Source: Mycobacteriales bacterium (GTDB taxonomy: Bacteria; Actinomycetota; Actinomycetes; Mycobacteriales; CADCTP01). From it: a stretch of 64,000 nt of DNA. Location: contig DATBFW010000203.1 in assembly GCA_036558285.1 (NCBI GenBank), positions 2,631 to 66,630 of the forward strand, given 5' to 3'. Below, piece by piece: positions 8,917 to 17,551 of the stretch; the stretch's first letter is position 1; every line of letters starts with the position of its first letter. The translations under genes were made by a program, and so were the position numbers. The notes beneath the pieces are model-generated. The model made no database searches and had not been told where the DNA came from. It saw only the letters and a list, made by a program, of their open reading frames with translations.

Positions 8917-9795
8917 GTGACGACCGGAGGCGATGCACCCGGATCCGGGGGTGGCCCGACGGTCCTGCGCATGCTGCTCGGCGCGCATCTCCGCCGGCTC
9001 CGCGAGGCCCAAGGGGTGAGCCGGGAGGACGCCGGCTGGGAGATCCGAGCGTCCGAGTCCAAGATCAGCCGGATGGAGCTCGGCCGGGTGAGCTTCAAGG
9101 AGCGCGACGTCGACGACCTGCTCACGCTCTACGGCCTGACCGACACCGAGGAGCGGGACCGGCTGCTCTCCCTGGCCCGGCAGGCCAACACGCCCGGATG
9201 GTGGCACCGGTACGGCGACGTGCTGCCCAACTGGTTCCAGTCGTACCTCGGGCTGGAGGCGGCCGCCTCGATGATCCGCACGTACGAGGTGCAGTTCGTG
9301 CCGGGGCTGTTGCAGACCGCGGACTACGCGCGCTCGGTGGTGCTGCTCGGCCACGGCCGGGCCACGGCCGACGAACTCGATCGCCGGGTCGACCTGCGGA
9401 TGCGCCGGCAGCGGATCCTCGATCGGACGGACCCGGTGCAGCTGTGGGCCGTCATCGACGAGGCGGTGCTGCGCCGGCCGGTCGGCTCCCGGGCGACCAT
9501 GCGCGGCCAGATCGAGGCGCTGATCGACGCGACTGGCCGCAAGTCCGTCCACCTGCAGGTGCTCCCGTTCCAGGTGGGTGGGCACTCGGCGGCCGGCGGC
9601 GCGTTCAGCATCCTGCGCTTCCCGGACCAGGAGCTGCCCGACATCGTCTACGTCGAGCAGCTGTCCAGCGCGCTCTACCTGGACAAGCGCGACGACGTCG
9701 AGCTGTACGTCGACGCGATGGAGCGGCTGTGCGTGGAGGCGGACCAGCCGGAGCGCACGCCGGACACGCTGCGCCGGATCCTCAAGGACACCTGA
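8917..9795 (+). CDS. XRE-family HTH regulator with DUF5753 domain (WhiJ/Scr1-like)
   Basis: LGAHLRRLREA...SKISRMELG HTH; YLGLEAAAS, VPGLLQTADYA, IDEAVLRRPVG. Confidence 0.95.
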   Translation: MTTGGDAPGSGGGPTVLRMLLGAHLRRLREAQGVSREDAGWEIRASESKISRMELGRVSFKERDVDDLLTLYGLTDTEERDRLLSLARQANTPGWWHRYGDVLPNWFQSYLGLEAAASMIRTYEVQFVPGLLQTADYARSVVLLGHGRATADELDRRVDLRMRRQRILDRTDPVQLWAVIDEAVLRRPVGSRATMRGQIEALIDATGRKSVHLQVLPFQVGGHSAAGGAFSILRFPDQELPDIVYVEQLSSALYLDKRDDVELYVDAMERLCVEADQPERTPDTLRRILKDT

Positions 9796-9893
9796 GCCCG
9801 TACGGCCGGGTGGCCCAGGTCTGCCGCCCAGCGGATGTCCGTCGCGGGCTAGTGTTGTCCAGCGGTAGCTGTCAGAGGGCAGGGGAGGCGTTC

Positions 9894-10742
9894 GTGGCGA
9901 ACGATGCTCAGGCGGGCGGTCCGGGGCAGGACCACACGCAGATCGACACCACGGTGCCGCAGTCGGCCCGGATCTACGACTACTGGCTGGGCGGCAAGGA
10001 CAACTTCGGTCCGGACCGGGCCGTCGCCGAGGCGCTGGCGACGCAGATCCCGACCATCCGGACGATGGTGCGCTCGCAGCGGGTGTTCCTGGTCCGCGCG
10101 GTCGACTACCTGGTCCGCAAGGCGGGCATCCGCCAGTTCCTCGACATCGGCACGGGGATCCCGTCACTGGACAACGTGCACGAGGTCGCCCAGCGCATCG
10201 CCCCCGAGTGCCGGATCCTCTACGTGGACAACGACCCGATCGTGCTCGCGCACGCCAGGGCGCTGATGACCAGCACCGAGGAGGGCCGGACCGCCTTCAT
10301 CCTGGCCGACCTCCGGCAGCCCACGGACGTCCTGGCGAACCCGGCGCTGCGGGAGACGCTCGACCTCGGCCGGCCGGTCGCGCTGTTTCTCGTCGGGGTG
10401 CTGCACCACCTGCACGACTCCGACGACCCGCGCGGGATCGTCACCACGCTGCTCGACGCGCTGCCGTCCGGCAGCTACTTCGCCCTCACCCAGCCGACCG
10501 GCGACTTCGACGAGGCGGCGATGGCGGGCATGGCCGCGACCGCGGAGCGGTCCGGCATCCCGTACGTGCCGCGCAGCCGGGCCCAGGTCGAGGCCCTGCT
10601 CGACGGGCTGGAGCTGGTCGAGCCGGGGCTGGTGCCGATCCCGGCCTGGAACCCGCTCGATCTCGACTATCCCGGCAGCGCCGAGGTCGACCGCGACCCT
10701 TACAGCGTCTACGGCTGGGCCGCGGTCGCCCGCAAGCCCTGA
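9894..10742 (+). CDS. SAM-dependent methyltransferase (Methyltransf_19/DUF574 family)
   Basis: ARIYDYWLGGKDNF, GIRQFLDIGTGIP, YVDNDPIVLAHARALM; GTG after GGGGAGG. Confidence 0.95.
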   Translation: MANDAQAGGPGQDHTQIDTTVPQSARIYDYWLGGKDNFGPDRAVAEALATQIPTIRTMVRSQRVFLVRAVDYLVRKAGIRQFLDIGTGIPSLDNVHEVAQRIAPECRILYVDNDPIVLAHARALMTSTEEGRTAFILADLRQPTDVLANPALRETLDLGRPVALFLVGVLHHLHDSDDPRGIVTTLLDALPSGSYFALTQPTGDFDEAAMAGMAATAERSGIPYVPRSRAQVEALLDGLELVEPGLVPIPAWNPLDLDYPGSAEVDRDPYSVYGWAAVARKP

Positions 10743-10745
10743 GCC

Positions 10746-10976
10746 TCAGCTCGGGCGACGGGCGGTCGCCGGCGCCGAGGTGAGCCGCAGGACCTCGTGA
10801 CCGGTGTCCCAGAGCAGGGTCAGCAGGGCGCGCAGTCCGGCCTGGTCGACGCAGTCGACGGTGAGCACGCTGTCGCCGGTGCCGTCGACCGCGGAGACGG
10901 ACTCGAAGCGGGCGCTGGCCGTCTCGACCACGGCGCGGGCGAGTGGTCCCCGCACGGTCACCTCGCACCAGGTCAT
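10746..10976 (-). CDS. 76-aa conserved hypothetical protein, predicted ACT/ferredoxin-like fold
   Basis: RBS GGAGG; pattern EVTVRG...VLTVDCVDQAGLRALL...G.EVLRL. Confidence 0.75.
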   Translation of the reverse strand: MTWCEVTVRGPLARAVVETASARFESVSAVDGTGDSVLTVDCVDQAGLRALLTLLWDTGHEVLRLTSAPATARRPS

Positions 10977-11044
10977 CGCTGCTCATGTCCTCCGGCCGTC
11001 GTGGATCGGCGCGCCGTGAGCATGCGTCGACGCGGGGTCGGAGC

Positions 11045-11056
11045 GCACCACCCCGC
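11045..11056 (-). promoter_or_regulatory. GCGGGGTGGTGC site (regulon half-site variant) upstream of the 76-aa gene
   Basis: Identical 12-mer at 13502-13513; GGGTGG is followed 23 nt later by CATGCT. Confidence 0.5.
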
Positions 11057-11194
11057 GGCCGGGACCACCCGGGGTGGGGGCAGCCGCGAGGCAGTGCGAC
11101 GCCGGGGGCCGACTGTGCAGCTCGACCGCGCAACGGTCGGTGGCTGACCGGAGGGCACCGGGCCGCCTGGCCGGGAGCACTCGGGGTGGTGGGC

Positions 11195-13435
11195 TCAGAT
11201 CAGGCCGAGGGTCCTGGCCGCGGCGACGGCGTCCTGCCGGGACGTGACGCCGAGCTTCCGGTAGAGGCTCTTGTTGTACGCCTTGACCGTGTTGATCGAC
11301 AGGAACATCGCGGCCGCGATCTCCCGCTGGCTCGCGGTCCCCGGCAGCGTCCGCAGGATGGCCAGCTCGCGGTCGGTCAGCGGCTCGGCCAGCGCCCCGG
11401 ACCGGGTGGCCGACCGTACGGCGGCCCGGCCGATCCGCGCCTCCGCCCGGGCCAGCCGATCGGCCGCGTACGGGGTCACCGGCTCGTCGTCGGCGACCTC
11501 CCGGGCGCGGGCAAGGGACGACCGGGCGGCGGCCCGGTCGCCGTCCGCGAGCTCGGCGTCGGCGCGGAACACCAGCCCGAGCACGAACGGCGTCGGTCGG
11601 CCGATCGCCTCGGCCGACGCCACCGCCCCGGTGAGCACAGTCCGCGCGGTTCGGGCGTCCCCCTGCAGGTAGGACCGGCGGCCCTCGACCAGACGCAGCA
11701 GCGTGACGGCGGGCGCGGCCGCCTCGCCCCAGTCCCGCTCGGCCTGCTCGACGATCGGTCGGGCCTCGCGGAGCACGCGGTCGGCGTCGGCGCCGCGGTC
11801 GAGTTCCAGCAGCGCGAGACCGAGCAGGCCGGCGAGCTGGAGCGAGACGCCCACCGACCAGGCTCCGTCGTCCCGCCGGCGCCAGGAGTCGAGCAGGATC
11901 GGCACCGCGTCGTCGAACCGGCCGGCCCGGGCGTAGGCGCTGCCGAGCGCGGCCCGGGCGATCGCGTGCCCGGCGGTGCCGGTCCCGGTCTCCAGGTCGG
12001 CCGCCTGCTCGGCGAGCGCGATCGACCGGTCCGGATCGGCGTCCGAGGTCCCGATGACCGCGCGCATCACCAGGGCCGCCGCTCGGGCACTGTGCCAGCC
12101 GTCGAGGGCCGAGTCAGGCCCGAGGTGGCCGTCGCAGACGTCGAGCCAGTACGGGATCCGGTCGAGACGTCCGCTGGTGATCGACGCCGCGTACGCCAGC
12201 GAGAGGGCCAGCCCCGGCTTGACCGCGCCGGCCGGCAGCCGCTCGCCGAGCAGCAGGTAGGTCGCCGCGGCGCCGCGGTCGAAGAACCACGGGCCGTGCG
12301 ACTCCAGCACTGCGGCAGCCGCGGCGTGGTCGCCCGCCAGGATCAGGTGCCGAGCGGCGTCGTCGAGCCGTCCCGCGGCCGAGAACCAGTCCGCGGCCCG
12401 GCGCAGCACGCCCGCGGCATCGGCGCCGGTCCCGGCCGTACGCAGCAGGGCGTCGCGCAGCAGCCGGTGGCAGCGGTACCAGGTCCGGTCCGGGTCGAGC
12501 GCGACGATGAACAGGTCGGCCCGCTCCAGCCCGGCCAGCACCTCCGCCGAGCCGGTCACCTGCAGCGCGGCGTCGCAGAGCGGTCCGGACAGGTGGTCGA
12601 GCGGCGCGGCCCGCAGCAGCAGCTCCCGCTGGGCCGGCGTCAGCGCCGGGAGGATCTCGTCGGTGAAGTAGTCGAGCAGGTGCCGCTCGTCCCGGCGGCC
12701 CGTTCCCGAGCCGCCCCGCAGCGCCAACCCGGCCAGCTGCAGGCCGGCCGCCCAGCCCTCGGTCCGCTCCCACAGCGCGGCCGCCGTCGTCTCGTCCGGC
12801 ACCGTCCCGGACACCGCGGACACCACCGCCGCGGCTTCCGCCACCGAGAACCGGAGGTCGGCCGCCCGCAGCTCGGTCAGGTCACCCCGCGCGCGCAGCC
12901 GGGCGAGCGGCAGCGGCGGCTCGGCGCGCCCGGCTACGACGAGCCGCAATGCCGGCGGCAGGTACGCGACGAGGAACTCGACGCTCTCGTGGATCCGCGG
13001 ATCGGTCAGGACGTGGTAGTCGTCGAGCACGAGCACGTACCGGCCGGTGGCCGAAGCGACGTCGTTGAGCAGGATCGGCAGCGCCAGGTCGACCGGGTCG
13101 GTGCCGCTCGCGCCGAGCGCCTCCAGCGCGGCCGGGCCGATCTCACCGTCCAGCTCGTACAGGGCGGTCAGCAGGTAGCTCCAGAACCGCAGCGGCTCGT
13201 CGTCGCTGTCGTCGAGCGACACCCAGGCCACCCTCGTGCCGGGGCCGGGATCGGCCGCCCAGCTGCTGAGCAGGCTCGTCTTGCCCCATCCGGCCGGTGC
13301 GGCCACGACCGTGAGCCGGGTGCCGGCGGCCCGCAGCCGGTCCTCCAGCCGGCCGCGCGGGACCGCGCCGGGGCGCACCGGCGGGATCGTCCGTTTGACC
13401 GTGAGCAGCGGGCTGCCCGCTCGGTGCGGCCTCAT
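11195..13435 (-). CDS. MalT-like STAND ATPase-LuxR transcriptional regulator #1
   Basis: Walker A APAGWGKT, Walker B LVLDDYH, TEGWAAGLQLA, C-terminal LuxR HTH LTDRE...SINTVK...LYRKL. Confidence 0.95.
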   Translation of the reverse strand: MRPHRAGSPLLTVKRTIPPVRPGAVPRGRLEDRLRAAGTRLTVVAAPAGWGKTSLLSSWAADPGPGTRVAWVSLDDSDDEPLRFWSYLLTALYELDGEIGPAALEALGASGTDPVDLALPILLNDVASATGRYVLVLDDYHVLTDPRIHESVEFLVAYLPPALRLVVAGRAEPPLPLARLRARGDLTELRAADLRFSVAEAAAVVSAVSGTVPDETTAAALWERTEGWAAGLQLAGLALRGGSGTGRRDERHLLDYFTDEILPALTPAQRELLLRAAPLDHLSGPLCDAALQVTGSAEVLAGLERADLFIVALDPDRTWYRCHRLLRDALLRTAGTGADAAGVLRRAADWFSAAGRLDDAARHLILAGDHAAAAAVLESHGPWFFDRGAAATYLLLGERLPAGAVKPGLALSLAYAASITSGRLDRIPYWLDVCDGHLGPDSALDGWHSARAAALVMRAVIGTSDADPDRSIALAEQAADLETGTGTAGHAIARAALGSAYARAGRFDDAVPILLDSWRRRDDGAWSVGVSLQLAGLLGLALLELDRGADADRVLREARPIVEQAERDWGEAAAPAVTLLRLVEGRRSYLQGDARTARTVLTGAVASAEAIGRPTPFVLGLVFRADAELADGDRAAARSSLARAREVADDEPVTPYAADRLARAEARIGRAAVRSATRSGALAEPLTDRELAILRTLPGTASQREIAAAMFLSINTVKAYNKSLYRKLGVTSRQDAVAAARTLGLI

Positions 13436-13501
13436 CGCCCGCCGAGTCTGCCAGGCGGGGCGGCCCGGGGCCGGGATTCGGCACCCGGGGTGCACTTGCC
13501 G

Positions 13502-13513
13502 GCGGGGTGGTGC
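13502..13513 (+). promoter_or_regulatory. GCGGGGTGGTGC site upstream of the nitroreductase
   Basis: GGGTGG is followed 23 nt later by GACGCT (13534-13539). Confidence 0.5.
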
Positions 13514-13568
13514 GGCGGCACCCGGCCGGCCGCGACGCTCGGGCTCCCAGACGAGGCGGGGAGCGGCG

Positions 13569-14780
13569 ATGGCGACGACGGAGACGACTGCGGCGCCGGA
13601 CCGGGCCGGGGAGCCGGCGGGACGGTCGCGACGGGAGTTCCTGCGGGCGGTGGGGATCGGCGCCGCCACCGTCGCGGTGGCCGGGATCGGTGCGGCGAGC
13701 TACCGGGTCTACGACACGGCCGTGCTGGATCCGGGCGGCGGCCGGGCGTACGAGCCGTGGCGGCAGTGGCGGCAGACCCCCGGCCCGCTCGGGGCGGTGG
13801 CGGCTGCGGTGCTCGCCGCCAGCCCGCACAACACTCAGCCGTGGCAGTTCGAAATCGGCTCGGACGCCATCGACGTGTTCGTCGACCGCTCCCGCGGCAC
13901 CGGTGCGATCGACCCGCTGCGGCGGGAGCAGCACGTCGGCGTCGGCTGCGCGATCGAGAACCTCGCGCTGGCGGCCGACGCGCGCGGCCTGCGCCCGACC
14001 GTGACGCTGCTGCCCGACGGCCCCGGCGCGGCCCGGGTGGCGCGCGTCGCCCTCTCCGCCGGCGCTCCACGGCCGAGCCCGCTGTACGAGGCGATCGGCC
14101 GCCGGCACACCAACCGCGGCCCGTACGACGGCCGCCCGGTGCCGGCCGGGACGCTCGCCGCGCTGGCCGGTCCGAGCATCCCGTCGGAGCTCGGCGTGCA
14201 GTGGATCACCGACCCGGCCGACCGGGCCGCCCTCGGTCGGCTGCTGGTCGACGCCGCGGTCGCGCTGACCCAGGACGAGCAGCAGTCCCGGGACGGCTTC
14301 GCCTGGTTCCGCGGCCACGACGACGACGTGCAGCGACACCGCGACGGGCTGGTGCTGGACGGTCAGGGCCTCAGCCCGCTCGTCCTCGGCGTCGCCAAGG
14401 TGATGCCGCCCTCGTCGCGCACCGCCGGCGACGGCTTCTGGGTCACCCAGACCCGCACCGTGCACACCGCGACCGCGGCAGCGTACGGGGTGATCACGGT
14501 GGCCGATCCGGACGAGGTCCGCACCCAGCTCGACGCCGGCCGCCTGCTGCAGCGGATCCACCTCGCCGCGACCAGCCGGGGGATCGCGCTGCAGCACATG
14601 AACCAGGTCACCGAGCGCATCGACCGCGAGGCGACGAGCGGCGCAAGGGCGACGTTCGCGCCGCGGTTCGCCGCGCTGCTGCCGTCCGGGGCGGCGCCGC
14701 TGCTGACCTTCCGGGTCGGGTACGCGGTCCGCGCGGCGCGGCCGACGCCGCGGCGATCGGCCGCGGAGGTGGCCCGGTGA
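13569..14780 (+). CDS. Acg-type FMN-binding nitroreductase-like protein with twin-arginine signal
   Basis: SRREFL plus hydrophobic stretch; AASPHNTQPW, IGRRHTNRGPY, GRLLQRIHLAATSRGIA, FRVGY. Confidence 0.85.
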   Translation: MATTETTAAPDRAGEPAGRSRREFLRAVGIGAATVAVAGIGAASYRVYDTAVLDPGGGRAYEPWRQWRQTPGPLGAVAAAVLAASPHNTQPWQFEIGSDAIDVFVDRSRGTGAIDPLRREQHVGVGCAIENLALAADARGLRPTVTLLPDGPGAARVARVALSAGAPRPSPLYEAIGRRHTNRGPYDGRPVPAGTLAALAGPSIPSELGVQWITDPADRAALGRLLVDAAVALTQDEQQSRDGFAWFRGHDDDVQRHRDGLVLDGQGLSPLVLGVAKVMPPSSRTAGDGFWVTQTRTVHTATAAAYGVITVADPDEVRTQLDAGRLLQRIHLAATSRGIALQHMNQVTERIDREATSGARATFAPRFAALLPSGAAPLLTFRVGYAVRAARPTPRRSAAEVAR

Positions 14781-15448
14781 CCGCCGTCGGGCGGCGCCGG
14801 TGGGCGGCCCGGCTCGGCGTCGCCGGTGGCGCGCTCGGGATCGCTGCCGGCGCGGTGCAGGCGACCGTGGGCGCCCGCATCCCGGAGTGGACCGCCGCCA
14901 AGCAGTCGCCGGTCGCGCTGGGGCTGTTGACGGTCGGGCTGTCCGCGCTGGCGGTGCTGGCCGCGGCCCGGCAGCGCGACCCGGCGCTGTCGGTGCGGGC
15001 GCGCGCCGCCTGCGCGCTCGGCCTGGCCGGACCGGCGCTGCTGTGCCTGAGCACGGTCGGCCGGCTCTGGTACCTGCCGTGCGTGCTGCTGCTCGCCGCC
15101 GCGGCCTGCGCGGTGGACGGCTGGCGGCGGACCGCCGAGGCGGTCGCACGGGACTGGACCCGGATCCTGCTCAGCGCACTCGGCGGCTTCGAGATCCTGA
15201 TGGCCGCGGGCGCCGCTCCGGCGGTGCTGGCGGTCGGGGTGGCGGGCGGCCTCTGCCTGATCGCCGCGGCCTGGCTGCGGCCGGCGCGGCGATGGGTGCT
15301 GCCGGTCCTCCTGGTCGCCGGCACGGTGCCGTTCGCCGCGCTGGCGTGGACCGCGCTGGTCCCGGTGCTGCTCGCCGTCGCGGCGGCCGCGCTCGCCGTC
15401 CCCGTGCTGCGCGCCCGGGTCGGTGAGCACCCGGTCCCCGTCGGCTAG
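14777..15448 (+). CDS. Multi-pass membrane hypothetical protein
   Basis: GTGA overlap with the upstream gene; about 7 hydrophobic helices. Confidence 0.75.
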   Translation: MTAVGRRRWAARLGVAGGALGIAAGAVQATVGARIPEWTAAKQSPVALGLLTVGLSALAVLAAARQRDPALSVRARAACALGLAGPALLCLSTVGRLWYLPCVLLLAAAACAVDGWRRTAEAVARDWTRILLSALGGFEILMAAGAAPAVLAVGVAGGLCLIAAAWLRPARRWVLPVLLVAGTVPFAALAWTALVPVLLAVAAAALAVPVLRARVGEHPVPVG

Positions 15449-15510
15449 CGAGGTATCAGCAGGGGTAGCGGCGGCCTCCGTGTGATCAGGCACACGTCAC
15501 GGGGGCGCAC

Positions 15511-15696
15511 ATGAGCACAACGATGAAGGTCGTCATAGGCGGGGTCGGTCTCGTCGCCGTCTGGCTGGTGCTGGCGGTGACGCTGTTCAACGGCACCGGC
15601 TCGGTGCACCCCCGTCCGGACCAGCGGCCGGGCATCGTCAACTCGGTCGACGCGACCGGCGGCGCGGTCGACCCGACCCTCGACCCCCGCCCGTAG
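15511..15696 (+). CDS. Small single-TM hypothetical protein (61 aa)
   Basis: ATG after GGGGG; one hydrophobic helix. Confidence 0.55.
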   Translation: MSTTMKVVIGGVGLVAVWLVLAVTLFNGTGSVHPRPDQRPGIVNSVDATGGAVDPTLDPRP

Positions 15697-15741
15697 CCCG
15701 GTTCACCGCCGCCCTACAGGGGTGGTCCTTAACCTGAGGGT

Positions 15742-16518
15742 ATGGCGTCCGGGCCGCGAGCCGTGTCGCGACTGCGCGGTTCCCGCGGCGTGCTCGCAGC
15801 CGGCGGCGTGGTGCTCGTCCTGCTGGTCGTGGCCGTCGCAGTGCTCGCGTCCGGCGCCGGCCGGGACCGCGCGCAGGCGGCCGCGAGCCCGTCCGCGACC
15901 CCCAAGCCGACCCCGACCGTCAGCGTGCCGGATATCTTCAAGCGCGTCGGTCCCTCGGTGGCCGTCGTCCGTACCGCCCGCGGCGCGCTGGGCACCGGCG
16001 TGATCGTGGCGGCGGACGGCACCGTGCTCACCGCGAACCACGTCATCGCCGACCGCAGCGCGATCAGCCTCGTCTTCGCCGACGGTACGAAGTCGGCCGC
16101 CACGGTCGCCTCCGCGGACCCGAGGCACGACGTCGCGACGCTGGCCCCGGCGACGCTGCCGCAGCCGGTCGTGCCGGCGACGCTGGGCGGCTCGGCCGAG
16201 GTGGGCGGCGAGGTCGTCGCGATCGGCAACCCGCTCGGGCTGACCTACAGCGTCTCCTCCGGCGTGGTCTCCGCGGTGGGGCGCACCGCGACCACCAACG
16301 GGGGACGGTTCTCCGGCCTGATCCAGTTCGACGCGTCGGTAAACCCGGGCAGCTCAGGGGGGCCGCTGCTGGACGCGGACGGCAACGTGATCGGGATCGT
16401 GCTGTCCATCGCCGACCCGGGCCGGGACGACGCGTTCGCGGGCATCGCGTTCGCGGTCCCGATCGGCACCGCGCTCGGCGGCGGGCCGGGCGCCGGACCG
16501 GGCGGGCCGCAGACATGA
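15742..16518 (+). CDS. Membrane-anchored trypsin-like (S1C/HtrA-type) serine protease without PDZ
   Basis: Catalytic triad motifs LTANHVI, HDVATL, NPGSSGGPL; N-terminal TM; ATG 6 nt after TAACCT. Confidence 0.92.
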   Translation: MASGPRAVSRLRGSRGVLAAGGVVLVLLVVAVAVLASGAGRDRAQAAASPSATPKPTPTVSVPDIFKRVGPSVAVVRTARGALGTGVIVAADGTVLTANHVIADRSAISLVFADGTKSAATVASADPRHDVATLAPATLPQPVVPATLGGSAEVGGEVVAIGNPLGLTYSVSSGVVSAVGRTATTNGGRFSGLIQFDASVNPGSSGGPLLDADGNVIGIVLSIADPGRDDAFAGIAFAVPIGTALGGGPGAGPGGPQT

Positions 16519-16582
16519 CCGGGACGGCAACGACCGGGGCGTCGGCATGACCGGGCCCCAGATCGACAGTTCGGGAGGAAGC

Positions 16583-17548
16583 ATGACCCATCCGCTCGAG
16601 CAGGTGCTGTTCGAGGTCAAGCGCACGATCGTCGGGCAGGACGTCCTGCTGGAGCGGATGGCGATCGGCCTGCTCGCCGGCGGCCACCTGCTCGTCGAGG
16701 GCGTGCCCGGGCTGGCCAAGACGCTGGCGGTGAAGTCGCTGGCGGCCGCGATCGGCGGGCAGTTCCAGCGGATCCAGTTCACGCCCGACCTGGTGCCCGC
16801 CGACCTCACCGGCACCAGGGTCTACCGCCAGCACACCGGCGAGTTCGAGACCTCGCTCGGCCCGGTGTTCACCAACCTGCTGCTCGCGGACGAGATCAAC
16901 CGGGCGCCGGCGAAGGTGCAGAGCGCGCTGCTGGAGGTGATGCAGGAACGCCAGGTCACCATCGGGCGGGAGACGTTCGCGATGCCGGACCCGTTCCTGG
17001 TGATGGCGACGCAGAACCCGATCGAGTCCGAGGGCACGTTCCCGCTGCCGGAGGCGCAGGTCGACCGCTTCATGATGAAGGTCGTCGTGAGCTACCCGAG
17101 CTCGCCGGAGGAGCACGCCATCGTCGACCGGGCGCTCGAACCGCCCGGGCCCACGCAGGCGATGCTCACCCCCGAGGACCTCATCCGCATGCAGGCGACG
17201 GCGCGGCAGGTGTACGTCGACCCGGCCGTCGTCGACTACGCGGTTCGCCTGGTCACCGCGACCCGGGCGCCGGGCACGGCCGGGCTGGGCGACCTGGACC
17301 GGTACGTCACGTACGGCGCGAGCCCGCGCGCGTCCATCGCGCTCGTGCTGGGCGCGCGGGCGCTGGCGTTCCTGCGCGGGCGCGACTACGCGCTGCCGCA
17401 CGACGTACGGGAGCTGACCCTGGACGTGCTGCGGCACCGGATCGTGCTCTCGTACGAGGCGCTGGCCGACGACGTCGACCCGGACACCGTCATCGCCGGC
17501 GTGCTGGGCGCGGTCCCGGTGCCCGACGTCGCGCTGCAGGACCGCTGA
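16583..17548 (+). CDS. moxR: MoxR-family AAA+ ATPase
   Basis: EGVPGLAKT, RIQFTPDLVPAD, LADEINRAPAKVQSALLEVMQE, ATQNPIE, LPEAQVDRF. Confidence 0.96.
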   Translation: MTHPLEQVLFEVKRTIVGQDVLLERMAIGLLAGGHLLVEGVPGLAKTLAVKSLAAAIGGQFQRIQFTPDLVPADLTGTRVYRQHTGEFETSLGPVFTNLLLADEINRAPAKVQSALLEVMQERQVTIGRETFAMPDPFLVMATQNPIESEGTFPLPEAQVDRFMMKVVVSYPSSPEEHAIVDRALEPPGPTQAMLTPEDLIRMQATARQVYVDPAVVDYAVRLVTATRAPGTAGLGDLDRYVTYGASPRASIALVLGARALAFLRGRDYALPHDVRELTLDVLRHRIVLSYEALADDVDPDTVIAGVLGAVPVPDVALQDR

Positions 17549-17551
17549 GCC

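Noticed and set aside
8880-10742. 620-aa ORF suggesting an XRE-methyltransferase fusion
   Set aside because: The first half is an Arg/Pro-rich off-frame read of xre. The methyltransferase has its own GGGGAGG RBS and GTG at 9894.
13436-13568. DosR box upstream of the Acg-like gene
   Set aside because: No GGGACTWWAGTCCC-like dyad is visible.
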